A stretch of 64,000 nucleotides of DNA, taken from assembly GCF_988242995.1 (NCBI RefSeq), contig NZ_OZ547043.1; one strand, 5' to 3'. Position numbers and translations under genes: made by a program. The notes below the pieces were generated by a model that saw only the letters and a list, made by a program, of their open reading frames with translations, ran no database searches and was not told where the DNA came from. This document shows positions 33,492 through 42,660 of the stretch, one piece after another (position 1 is the first letter of the stretch; each line of letters starts with the position of its first letter).

Positions 33492-35239
33492 AACTGGCAC
33501 CGAACTTAAAAAAACAGCCACGCGACAGACTGACAGAGGTAATCATCTTTGCAGGTAGTGATGCGTGGAGCCATGCGAAAGAGTGGCGGGAATGGGCGGG
33601 TAAACATATTGCCGCCGACGATGTGCCGCCTGTCGTGCTGGCTGATGAGCAACTGAAAAATATCACCGATTACCGGATCATTGATGAAGATCGTCAGTGT
33701 GTGCGTGTTTACCGCGCAGGACATATCACAGAGCACAGCATGACGCAGATTGTTACGTTACTGGCTGTGGCTGGAGTGAAGACCGTACACGAATACGCGG
33801 GGATTACTGACACCAGCCCAGTGGATTTATCCGAGCAGTTGCCGCGACTCAAAGAGGAATGCGAGCGTGGGGAAAGTCTGGTGCTTAATCTTCCGACGAA
33901 GCAAAAGGCGCAACTTTCACAGATGGCAGACAGTGAACGTGCACAACTACTTGCCGATCGCTTTGATGGTGTGTGTGTTCATGCAGAAAGTGAAATCGTC
34001 CACGTATGGCGCGGCGGGGTATGGTGTCCGGTCAGCACAATGGAGCTGAGCCGCGAAATGGTGGCGATCTATTCAGAGCACAGGGCCACGTTCAGCAAAC
34101 GTGTAATCAATAACGCCGTGGAAGCGTTAAAAGTTATTGCCGACCCCATGGGGGAGCCGTCCGGTGATTTGCTACCGTTCACTAATGGTGTGCTTAACCT
34201 GAAAACGGGGGAATTTTCTCCGCACTCGCCGGAGCACTGGAGCACCACGCACAATGGCATTGAGTACACGCCACCAGTAGCAGGGGAAAACATCCGCGAT
34301 AATGCGCCAAATTTCCATAAATGGCTTGAACATGCTGCAAGAAAAGACCCGCGCAAGATGATGCGTATATGTGCCGCGTTATACATGATTATGGCGAACC
34401 GCTACGACTGGCAGATGTTCATTGAGGCCACCGGAGACGGGGGAAGCGGTAAGAGTACATTTACCCATATTGCCACCCTGCTTGCTGGCAAACAGAACAC
34501 CGTAAGCGCGGAGATGACATCACTCGATGATGCAGGAGGGCGCGCGCAGGTTGTCGGGAGTCGTCTTATCGTCCTTGCCGATCAGCCGAAATATACGGGG
34601 GAAGGCACGGGCATCAAGAAAATCACGGGAGGCGATCCCGTTGAAATTAACCCGAAATATGAGAAGCGATTCACGACGATAATAAGGGCGGTGGTACTGG
34701 CAACCAATAACGACCCGATGATCTTTACCGAACGGGCCGGAGGTGTGTCACGCCGTCGGGTGATTTTCCGGTTCGACAACATTGTAAGGGAGGACGAAAA
34801 AGACAAGGAATTACCGGAAAAGATAGCGGCAGAAATCCCCGTAATTATCCGCCGCTTGCTGGCTAATTTTGCTGACCCTGAAAAGGCACGGGCTTTATTA
34901 CTGGAACAGCGTGACGGTGATGAAGCTCTGGCAATAAAGCAGCAAACGGATCCGGTTGTTGAGCTTTGCGCGGCGCTGGAGTTTCTGGAGGAAGCTCGTG
35001 GGCTAATGATGGGCGGTGGTGGTGACACCGTGAAGTACACGACCAGAAACAGCCTTTACCGTGTCTATATGGCCTTCATGGCATACACAGGAAAGGGGAA
35101 ATGTTTGAGCGTGAATGAGTTCGGAAAGGCTATGAGGTCAGCGGCGAAAGTTTACGGATATGAATATATTACGCGAAAAGTTAAGGGAGTCACGCAGACC
35201 AACGCAACGACTACTGATGATTGCGATGCGTTTTTATAA
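33488..35239 (+). CDS. Primase/SF3-helicase replication protein
   Basis: 583-aa ORF with Walker A (TGDGGSGKST) in the C-terminal half and primase-like N-terminal half; followed by iterons. Confidence 0.8.
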   Translation: MKLAPNLKKQPRDRLTEVIIFAGSDAWSHAKEWREWAGKHIAADDVPPVVLADEQLKNITDYRIIDEDRQCVRVYRAGHITEHSMTQIVTLLAVAGVKTVHEYAGITDTSPVDLSEQLPRLKEECERGESLVLNLPTKQKAQLSQMADSERAQLLADRFDGVCVHAESEIVHVWRGGVWCPVSTMELSREMVAIYSEHRATFSKRVINNAVEALKVIADPMGEPSGDLLPFTNGVLNLKTGEFSPHSPEHWSTTHNGIEYTPPVAGENIRDNAPNFHKWLEHAARKDPRKMMRICAALYMIMANRYDWQMFIEATGDGGSGKSTFTHIATLLAGKQNTVSAEMTSLDDAGGRAQVVGSRLIVLADQPKYTGEGTGIKKITGGDPVEINPKYEKRFTTIIRAVVLATNNDPMIFTERAGGVSRRRVIFRFDNIVREDEKDKELPEKIAAEIPVIIRRLLANFADPEKARALLLEQRDGDEALAIKQQTDPVVELCAALEFLEEARGLMMGGGGDTVKYTTRNSLYRVYMAFMAYTGKGKCLSVNEFGKAMRSAAKVYGYEYITRKVKGVTQTNATTTDDCDAFL

Positions 35240-35252
35240 AAAATGGCAATGG

Positions 35253-35482
35253 TTATCTACCTTGTCTACCTGACTGAAAGAAAATACTTTTATTTCAATG
35301 TATTAATGCAGGTAGATAACTATTTTTCACTGTCTACCTGTTATCTACCTTATCTACCCATTTTTGTAGACAGGTAAGGAGACGGGTAGAGATGAGGTAG
35401 ACAGCTATTTGGGGCTGTCTACCTCCCTGAAACCCGCGCCATTACTGGCCTGATAACTAATCAGGTAGACAAGGTAGACAAG
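35253..35482. repeat. Satellite replication origin iterons (at least 10 copies of GGTAGACA/TGTCTACC in both orientations)
   Basis: Dense cluster of the 8-bp core in a 230-bp non-coding stretch just 3' of the primase gene. Confidence 0.75.
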
Positions 35483-35528
35483 GTGGTGGTGCACAAAAAA
35501 CTTTTTAAACGAGGGGGTAAAAATAAAA

Positions 35529-35786
35529 ATGCACACATCAGGAAAACTGAACAAACATATAAAGCCACATTACCGCGCCCTTGATATGGCTGAACACTGG
35601 CTAAGGGTGGCGATTAAGGCAATAGACCGCAACGCCGGGGAAGGATACGCGAAAGCACATCCCGAACTGATAAGCGCATTCATGACAACGGCGGCTGCAA
35701 ACTTTGCCACGCTGACCGAACGGGAGATTGCTGAAGCGGAGGAAGTGACAACAATCAATATTAAGTCCGGAGAGCAGGCAGCATGA
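35529..35786 (+). CDS. Hypothetical protein
   Basis: 85-aa ORF upstream of and coupled to ssb. Confidence 0.4.
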   Translation: MHTSGKLNKHIKPHYRALDMAEHWLRVAIKAIDRNAGEGYAKAHPELISAFMTTAAANFATLTEREIAEAEEVTTINIKSGEQAA

Positions 35787-36232
35787 CGGCGCAAATATCA
35801 GTTTACGGGCGGTTGGTGGACGACCCGCAGACAAAACAGACCAGCAAGGGCACCCCCATGACGCTGGCGCGTATGGCGGTATCACTGCCCTGCAGTCAGT
35901 CGGATGACGGTCTGGCGACGTTGTGGTTATCTGTCCTGGCGTTTGGCAGACAAGCCGACGCGCTGGCAAAGCATCACAAAGGCGAACTCCTGAGCGTGGC
36001 GGGTAACATGCAGATGAGCCAGTGGACTGGACAGAACGGCGAAACGCGGCAGGGCTGGCAGGTTATCGCAGACAGCGTAATCAGTGCGCGATCGGTGCGA
36101 CCGGGCGGCAAAAAAGGCCAACAGGGGCAGGCTACTGACGCACTGAACAGAGCAAAACAACAGGCAGATCAGCAAGGAAGCCAGCCACCAGAGGGAGATA
36201 ATGAGCAATGGGGAGATGATATCCCGTTTTAA
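35783..36232 (+). CDS. ssb: Single-stranded DNA-binding protein
   Basis: 149-aa ORF with Gly/Gln-rich linker and acidic C-terminal tail ending DDIPF. Confidence 0.8.
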   Translation: MTAQISVYGRLVDDPQTKQTSKGTPMTLARMAVSLPCSQSDDGLATLWLSVLAFGRQADALAKHHKGELLSVAGNMQMSQWTGQNGETRQGWQVIADSVISARSVRPGGKKGQQGQATDALNRAKQQADQQGSQPPEGDNEQWGDDIPF

Positions 36233-36448
36233 ATATTGCCAATAAAAAAAGCCGGAAAAAATAAATTTTCCGGCATGCTACATAAATCCCGACCAAAGGG
36301 AGTGAAGATATTAACACTAATTGTCCGCACTGAAGTTGTCACCCCAAAACTTTATACAACATTGCACTCGGTTGCATGTGTTCGCATGACAAATATCGGT
36401 GATAGCATATATCCACAATTATTTTTAATGAATGCAAAGAGGATGCGT

Positions 36449-37489
36449 ATGGTTGATTTATATTCGCCTACTCAGCTTGTACAGGTAGTTAATGCTGTAG
36501 ATGTACAAAAACAACTAAATGCGTTATTTACCAGTTTGTTTTTTACTCGCTCGGTAATGTTTGAATCGCGCGATATTATTCTTGATACAATCGACGATCC
36601 AAATATCCCAATTGCAGCGTTTTGTTCTCCTATGGTGGGTAGTAAAGTTTCACGTGACGAAGGGTACGAATCAAAAACAATTCGTCCAGGCTATATGAAG
36701 CCGAAAAGCAGCATTGATCCAAATAAGTTAGCTGTGCGCCCTGCTGGTGTGTCACCTGAGCAATACAATGCTTTTGGGGCGCGTAATATTAAAGTTAAAC
36801 AGGCGATTGTAAATCAGGCTAAAGCTATTCGTGCACGTATTGAATGGCTTGCTGTTCAGGCAATCACAACGGGGAAAAATATCATTGAGGGCGATGGTAT
36901 TGAACGTTATGAGCTGGACTGGAATATAAAACCACAAAATATCATCACTCAGTCTGGCGGTACTGAGTGGTCAGGTAAGGATAAAGAAACTTTTGATCCA
37001 AATGATGATATTGAGAGCTACGCAGAATTTAGTGAGGGCGTCACTAATATCATCATTATGGGTGGTAATGTATGGAAGAAATACCGTTCATTCAGAGCGA
37101 TAAAAGAGGCTTTGGATACCCGTCGTGGTTCTAATTCCGAACTGGAAACGGCCCTTAAAGACCTTGGTGATTCGGTGAGTTTTAAAGGGTATATGGGCGA
37201 TGTTGCGATTGTTGTTTACAGCGGGCGTTATACCGACGAGGACGGAACAGAAAAACATTTCCTTGATCCTGATTTGATGGTGCTTGGCAATACGGCTCTT
37301 CAGGGGATTGTCGCCTATGGCGGTATTCAGGATCCGGAGCTAATCCGAATGGGGCTGACTAAAGCCGAACTTGCACCGAAAAACTATATTGTGCCTGGTG
37401 ATCCGGCTATTGAATATGTGCAGACACATTCAGCACCACAGCCAATACCGGCCCGCATCAATCGTTTTGTTACCGTTCGCATTGGCTAA
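36449..37489 (+). CDS. Satellite-encoded major capsid protein homologue (lambda E-like)
   Basis: 346 aa; aligns with lambda E along its length (e.g. IITQSGGTEWSGKDKETFDPNDDIESYA vs NITQSGGTEWSKRDKSTYDPTDDIEAYA; DTRRGSNSELETALKDLG; GDVAIVVYSG). Confidence 0.8.
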   Translation: MVDLYSPTQLVQVVNAVDVQKQLNALFTSLFFTRSVMFESRDIILDTIDDPNIPIAAFCSPMVGSKVSRDEGYESKTIRPGYMKPKSSIDPNKLAVRPAGVSPEQYNAFGARNIKVKQAIVNQAKAIRARIEWLAVQAITTGKNIIEGDGIERYELDWNIKPQNIITQSGGTEWSGKDKETFDPNDDIESYAEFSEGVTNIIIMGGNVWKKYRSFRAIKEALDTRRGSNSELETALKDLGDSVSFKGYMGDVAIVVYSGRYTDEDGTEKHFLDPDLMVLGNTALQGIVAYGGIQDPELIRMGLTKAELAPKNYIVPGDPAIEYVQTHSAPQPIPARINRFVTVRIG

Positions 37490-37498
37490 GGGGGAGCA

Positions 37499-37840
37499 AT
37501 GGCTACTCATTACACTGAACTCATGGCTGGCACTGAAGCACTGGTGACTACGCTGGGGATATTTTCAGCTAATAAAGGGGTAATTCCTGCATTTACGCCA
37601 CTGATGCAGGAAGATGCAACAGGTGCACTGGTGGTATGGGATGGTTCGAGCGTAGGTAAAGCGGTTTATGTTTCCGCTGTACAAATCGACACCGCGAAAA
37701 AAACACAGGCTCAGGTCTATAAGACAGGTGTCTTAAATGTTGATGCTCTGAACTGGCCTGAGTCTGTTAAAGAACTGTCAGTAAAGGTTGCAGCGTTTGT
37801 TGGCTCAGGTATTTCTGTTCAGCCGCTGGCTCGTGTGTAA
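37499..37840 (+). CDS. Satellite-encoded head decoration protein homologue (lambda D-like)
   Basis: 113-aa ORF; TPLMQEDATGALVVWDGSSVGKAV...VYKTG parallels lambda [22 protein letters not shown]...FYKSG. Confidence 0.7.
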   Translation: MATHYTELMAGTEALVTTLGIFSANKGVIPAFTPLMQEDATGALVVWDGSSVGKAVYVSAVQIDTAKKTQAQVYKTGVLNVDALNWPESVKELSVKVAAFVGSGISVQPLARV

Positions 37841-37851
37841 AGGGGGATACA

Positions 37852-38235
37852 ATGCAGAATGATTACAATGACCTTAAGCCAATTGCCGAAATGATGTACC
37901 CGAATCCAGCTGTAGAGGAATTAAAAGCTATCGCTGACAAAATGTGTTTAAGCGAGCGCCTTGTTGATATGAATCAGGTGATGGAAATTACAACCCTGAG
38001 TCGTCGTACACTGCTAAACCTTGAGGCTAGTGGAGAGTTCCCGGAGCGTGTGCAGGTTACGGAAGGGCGTAAGGCCTGGTATTTAAGTGAAGTGATCGAC
38101 TGGATAAATAATATTCCTCGCGCTTCTGAATATTGCCGCGTACCTGTCCCAAAAAAGCCAGATGCGGCGCTATGCCTCAAGATTGAGCGTGTACGCCGCA
38201 ATGCACGGGATGGTCGCTATAAGCTGATTGGTTGA
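37852..38235 (+). CDS. Winged-HTH (AlpA/MerR-excisionase-like) protein adjacent to satellite cos
   Basis: 127-aa ORF; C-terminal MEITTLSRRTLLNLEASGEFPERVQVTEGRKAWYLSEVIDWINN HTH; strong RBS; ends 20 bp before the cos-homologous region. Confidence 0.6.
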   Translation: MQNDYNDLKPIAEMMYPNPAVEELKAIADKMCLSERLVDMNQVMEITTLSRRTLLNLEASGEFPERVQVTEGRKAWYLSEVIDWINNIPRASEYCRVPVPKKPDAALCLKIERVRRNARDGRYKLIG

Positions 38236-38257
38236 TGAAATTAGGGCCCGCTCTGGC

Positions 38258-38465
38258 TGGCGGGTCCTTTCCGGTGATCCAGAACGTTACGGGGCGTCAG
38301 GCGCGCAGATTCTTGCTATTTATGACAATTTTCTGCGATTTGCCGTTTCCGTTCTTCTTCCTCGTAACTTAGTGTTTTTACTAGAAATACCCTCTAAAAA
38401 GAAAGGAAATGACAGGTGCTGAAAACAGGCTTTTGGGTCTCCGTCATTTCCTTTCTCATTTTTAT
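38258..38465. promoter_or_regulatory. Satellite cos site homologous to the prophage cos (variant cosN GGGCGTCAGGCG at 38292-38303)
   Basis: About 210 bp alignable with 22896-23110; flanking and downstream repeat segments conserved, 12-mer differs at 5 positions. Confidence 0.75.
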
Positions 38466-38718
38466 CTAAAAGTAAGCATCGAGGCCACCCCAAATGCTTA
38501 TAGAGGTTATTGTGTCACTATGCGTACTGTTCAGGATTTAAAGTAGCAAGACATCTAGTTGCTTGCAGTTTTGGCGAATGATGTGAGGTTCTCTATAACA
38601 GATAATGTAACAAGTTACTGATATATTCTGTTATGGTTGACTTTAAATTTTGTTGCTCCTTCAATGAATTATTGAGGGGTAAAAATTAGGCGTGATAAGA
38701 ATCGATCACGCCTATTGT

Positions 38719-40035
38719 TTATCTTGAAGAAATTTTAGGCAGGCTTTTTAAAAATAAATCTTTATTTCTACTTGCATCAGTTAAAAGTGTTAGGAATATT
38801 TTATCTGTAGGAGTGCATGTGCTCTTGTTTAACAGTAATTCACCAAGTTTCTGTAATCGAGAGAATTGCCCATCCTCTTGGATTCTGTGACGAAGTGTAC
38901 TATCATTTTTAATAACATCAACAAATGCAGAAACCATGTTAATATCAAAGTGTTCAAACATTTCCAATATTAAAGGTGCAGCCCCATTTGAATAAAAATT
39001 CTTCCTTCCATACTGATAGCTGAAACCACGATGGCCAACATAAGTTTTTGTAATGGCTGAAACAAATTCAACAATATTATCTTCAGGGACGAAACTCGAG
39101 AATGGTAATAATTGGGTTACGATTTTTTCCTCTTCTGACCAATTATCTAAAGACTCGGTGAGTTTATTAATGAGAGGCTCAATAATAACTTTTCGGGATG
39201 CAGGGCTAATATACATCAGTCCATCTACCAATAGTATGAATTGTTGTGCCTTCTCTATCTTATTGTTGTTTCCTGAAACTAAATACTTGTCAAATTGTTG
39301 GCCGACTTTACGTCGGTCGTCTTTTGAAAGTAATGTCCATAAAATAGGTGCGCAAAATTCAATGTTGTTTCTGAGTTCACTTGATATATTGGATGAGCAG
39401 TATGTGCCAAAAAAACGAGAGGATAATTCACTGATATAAATTGCAGGTAGATCTGAAAAGGCTTGCTTAACTGCCAGACTATTTTTATTAAATGTTGCCG
39501 AATCCATTTCTGAAAGATATGTAGTTATATCTATGATGGCTGGTGGAAACTCTTTAGAAAGAACGTATTTATTACAATCATTAATCAGGTTCACTACTTT
39601 GATTAAATCAGGGTCGCTACTTTGTGGATGTCCACCAAATAGATTCCTGGTTTCTCTAGCTTGTTGTAATAGTTTCTGACCTTCTCGATCGATAACTCCT
39701 ATTTTAAATGCTCCATCTATTAAATCAAAGTCGCTCACATAATCCTGAAAATCTTCATACGTTTTAATTTCTTTTTTTTGTTTACACTCTTTGTTGAATA
39801 GATCTAGGCTACGATGAATTATCTTTTGACGTAAATCATCAACTACAGCATTCCAGTAAGCAGTGATGGCACTTCTATAACCTTTTACAGGAAGAACTCT
39901 TATTGCTTCTGAAATATATGGGCAGTCAACTACATCATGCCTCACAGTTGAGAGCGCAGTTTGTAACAATGTAACTTCTGTAGAGTCTAGTGGAGTTGGC
40001 TGCACTAAATGAGAACTTATCTCTGTACCCTTCAT
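38719..40035 (-). CDS. AT-rich 438-aa protein with HEPN-like R-x5-H motif (candidate anti-phage/abortive-infection protein)
   Basis: Single long ORF in the satellite's variable end; RNLFGGH at residues 130-136; no ATPase motifs; own AT-rich promoter region 40036-40150. Confidence 0.6.
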   Translation of the reverse strand: MKGTEISSHLVQPTPLDSTEVTLLQTALSTVRHDVVDCPYISEAIRVLPVKGYRSAITAYWNAVVDDLRQKIIHRSLDLFNKECKQKKEIKTYEDFQDYVSDFDLIDGAFKIGVIDREGQKLLQQARETRNLFGGHPQSSDPDLIKVVNLINDCNKYVLSKEFPPAIIDITTYLSEMDSATFNKNSLAVKQAFSDLPAIYISELSSRFFGTYCSSNISSELRNNIEFCAPILWTLLSKDDRRKVGQQFDKYLVSGNNNKIEKAQQFILLVDGLMYISPASRKVIIEPLINKLTESLDNWSEEEKIVTQLLPFSSFVPEDNIVEFVSAITKTYVGHRGFSYQYGRKNFYSNGAAPLILEMFEHFDINMVSAFVDVIKNDSTLRHRIQEDGQFSRLQKLGELLLNKSTCTPTDKIFLTLLTDASRNKDLFLKSLPKISSR

Positions 40036-40393
40036 TTCAGGATTTTCCTATTCTTTTCCATTTTTCTACTCTATTGAATTTGAAAAAGATATCAAGTTCG
40101 TTCTTGCCAGTTTTAAGTGGAAAATTTGATGTTACCTTATTGAGATAAGGCAGTTCTCTATAACCTATTGTTATTAATTATTTTTATTTTTTTCCAATTC
40201 AGATGTTTAGGGCTAAGAAGTTAAGTGAGAGTTCACAGCAAAACTGCTTCTAGTTCCTCACCGAGGAGCAAAAGGTTAAGACAGCGTACTTTGTATTGCA
40301 CAATGTATTGCAGAACCTTCTTTCGAAAGCTACAACAATCAATTTTATATTGAAAATTCAATCATATCCTTTCGATATTGACTCATATAACCC

Positions 40394-41179
40394 AAGCATG
40401 AGGTGAATCCGCAGATGACCCTGCGTCGCCTGCCGGATGAAGATCCGCAGAATCTGGCGGACCCGGCTTACCGCCGCCGTCGCATCATTATGCAGAACAT
40501 GCGTGACGAAGAGCTGGCCATTGCCCAGGTCGAAGAGATGCAGGCAGTTTCTGCCGTGCTTAAGGGCAAATACACCATGACCGGTGAAGCTTTCGATCCG
40601 GTTGAGGTGGATATGGGCCGCAGTGCGGCCAACAACATCACGCAGTCCGGCGGCACGGAGTGGAGCAAGCGTGACAAGTCCACGTATGACCCGACCGACG
40701 ATATCGAAGCCTACGCGCTGAACGCCAGCGGAGTGGTGAATATCATCGTGTTTGATCCGAAAGGCTGGGTGCTGTTCCGTTCCTTCAAAGCCGTCAAGGA
40801 GAAGCTGGATACTCGTCGCGGCTCTCATTCCGAGCTGGAGACAGCGGTGAAAGACCTGGGCAAAGCGGTGTCCTACAAGGGGATGTATGGCGATGTGGCC
40901 ATCGTCGTGTATTCCGGACAGTACGTGGAAAACGGCGTCAAAAAGAACTTCCTGCCGGACAACACGATGGTGCTGGGGAACACTCAGGCACGCGGTCTGC
41001 GCACCTATGGCTGCATTCAGGATGCGGACGCACAGCGCGAAGGCATTAACGCCTCTGCCCGTTACCCGAAAAACTGGGTGACCACCGGCGATCCGGCGCG
41101 TGAGTTCACCATGATTCAGTCAGCACCGCTGATGCTGCTGGCTGATCCTGATGAGTTCGTGTCTGTACAACTGGCGTAA
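40394..41179 (+). pseudogene. E: Major capsid gene E, 3' fragment (codons 83-341)
   Basis: From KHEVNPQMTLRRLPDEDPQ... to ...DEFVSVQLA, matching lambda E downstream of the break. Confidence 0.9.
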
Positions 41180-41181
41180 TC

Positions 41182-41208
41182 ATGGCCCTTCGGGGCCATT
41201 TTCTCTCT
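41182..41208 (+). terminator. Hairpin plus T-rich tract after E
   Basis: ATGGCCC-TTCG-GGGCCAT followed by TTTCTCTCT. Confidence 0.4.
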
Positions 41209-41220
41209 GTGGAGGAGTTC

Positions 41221-41619
41221 ATGACGAAAGATGAGCTGATTGCCCGTCTTCAGGAGCTGGGTGAGCAACTGAACCGCGATGTCAGTTTGACGGGAACGAA
41301 AGAAGAACTGGCGCTTCGTGTGGCAGAGCTGGAAGAAGAGCTTGATGACACGGATGAAACTGCCGGTCAGGACACCCCTCTCAGCCGGGAAAATGTGCTG
41401 ACCGGGCATGAAAATGAGGTGGTATCAGCGCAGCCGGATACCGTGATTCAGGATACGGCTGAACTGGTCACGGTCGTGGCACTGGTGACGCTGCATACTG
41501 ATGCGCTTCACGCCACGCGGGATAAACCTGTGGCATTTGTGCTGCCGGGAACGGCGTTTCGTGTCTCTGCCGGTGTGGCAGCCGAAATGACAGAACGTGG
41601 CCTGGCCAGAATGCAATAA
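41221..41619 (+). CDS. FI: DNA-packaging protein FI
   Basis: 132 aa from MTKDELIARLQELGEQL..., matches lambda FI; GGAGG RBS. Confidence 0.9.
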   Translation: MTKDELIARLQELGEQLNRDVSLTGTKEELALRVAELEEELDDTDETAGQDTPLSRENVLTGHENEVVSAQPDTVIQDTAELVTVVALVTLHTDALHATRDKPVAFVLPGTAFRVSAGVAAEMTERGLARMQ

Positions 41620-41630
41620 CGGGAGGCGCT

Positions 41631-41984
41631 GTGGCTGATTTCGATAACCTGTTCGATGCTGCCATTGCCCGCGCTGATGAAACGATACGCGGGTACATGG
41701 GAACGTCAGCCACCCTGACATCCGGTGAGCAGTCCGGTGCTGTGATACGTGGTGTTTTTGATGACCCTGAAAATATCAGCTATGCCGGACAGGGCGTGCG
41801 CGTTGAAGGCTCCAGCCCGTCCCTGTTTGTCCGGACTGATGAGGTGCGGCAGCTGCGGCGTGGAGACACGCTGACCATCGGTGAGGAAAACTTCTGGATA
41901 GACCGGGTTTCGCCGGATGATGGCGGAAGCTGTCATCTCTGGCTTGGGCGTGGCGTGCCGCCTGCCGTTAACCGTCGCCGCTGA
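41631..41984 (+). CDS. FII: Head-tail connector FII
   Basis: 117-aa ORF matching lambda FII. Confidence 0.9.
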   Translation: MADFDNLFDAAIARADETIRGYMGTSATLTSGEQSGAVIRGVFDDPENISYAGQGVRVEGSSPSLFVRTDEVRQLRRGDTLTIGEENFWIDRVSPDDGGSCHLWLGRGVPPAVNRRR

Positions 41985-41995
41985 AGGGGGGATGT

Positions 41996-42574
41996 ATGGC
42001 CATAAAAGGTCTTGAGCAGGCCATTGAAAACCTCAGCCGTATCAGCAGAACGGCGGTGCCTGGTGCCGCCGCAATGGCCATTAACCGCGTTGCTTCATCC
42101 GCGATATCGCAGTCGGCGTCACAGGTTGCCCGTGAGACAAAGGTACGCCGGAAACTGGTAAAGGAAAGGGCCAGGCTGAAAAGGGCCACGGTCAAAAATC
42201 CGCAGGCCAGAATCAGGGTTAACCGGGGGGATTTGCCCGTAATCAGGCTGGGTAACGCGCGGGTTGTCCTTTCGCGCCGCAGGCGTCGTAAAAAGGGGCA
42301 GCGTTCATCCCTGAAAGGTGGCGGCAGCGTGCTTGTGGTGGGTAACCGTCGTATTCCCGGCGCGTTTATTCAGCAACTGAAAAATGGCCGGTGGCATGTC
42401 ATGCAGCGTGTGGCCGGGAAAAACCGTTACCCCATTGATGTGGTGAAAATCCCGATGGCGGTGCCGCTGACCACGGCGTTTAAACAAAATATTGAGCGGA
42501 TACGGCGTGAACGTCTTCCGAAAGAGCTGGGCTATGCGCTGCAGCATCAACTGAGGATGGTAATAAAGCGATGA
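41996..42574 (+). CDS. Z: Tail completion protein Z
   Basis: 192-aa ORF matching lambda Z. Confidence 0.9.
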   Translation: MAIKGLEQAIENLSRISRTAVPGAAAMAINRVASSAISQSASQVARETKVRRKLVKERARLKRATVKNPQARIRVNRGDLPVIRLGNARVVLSRRRRRKKGQRSSLKGGGSVLVVGNRRIPGAFIQQLKNGRWHVMQRVAGKNRYPIDVVKIPMAVPLTTAFKQNIERIRRERLPKELGYALQHQLRMVIKR

Positions 42575-42660
42575 AACATACTGAACTCCGTGCAGCCGTA
42601 CTGGATGCACTGGAGAAGCATGACACCGGGGCGACGTTTTTTGATGGTCGCCCCGCTGTT

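Larger units (their letters stand above)
29306..40398 (+). mobile_element. About 11.1-kb integrative phage satellite (cos-type, PICI-like) inserted in gene E
   Basis: Flanked by 5-bp direct repeat AAGCA (29301-29305 and 40394-40398); contains int, alpA, primase, iteron ori, ssb, capsid and decoration homologues, cos. Confidence 0.8.
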
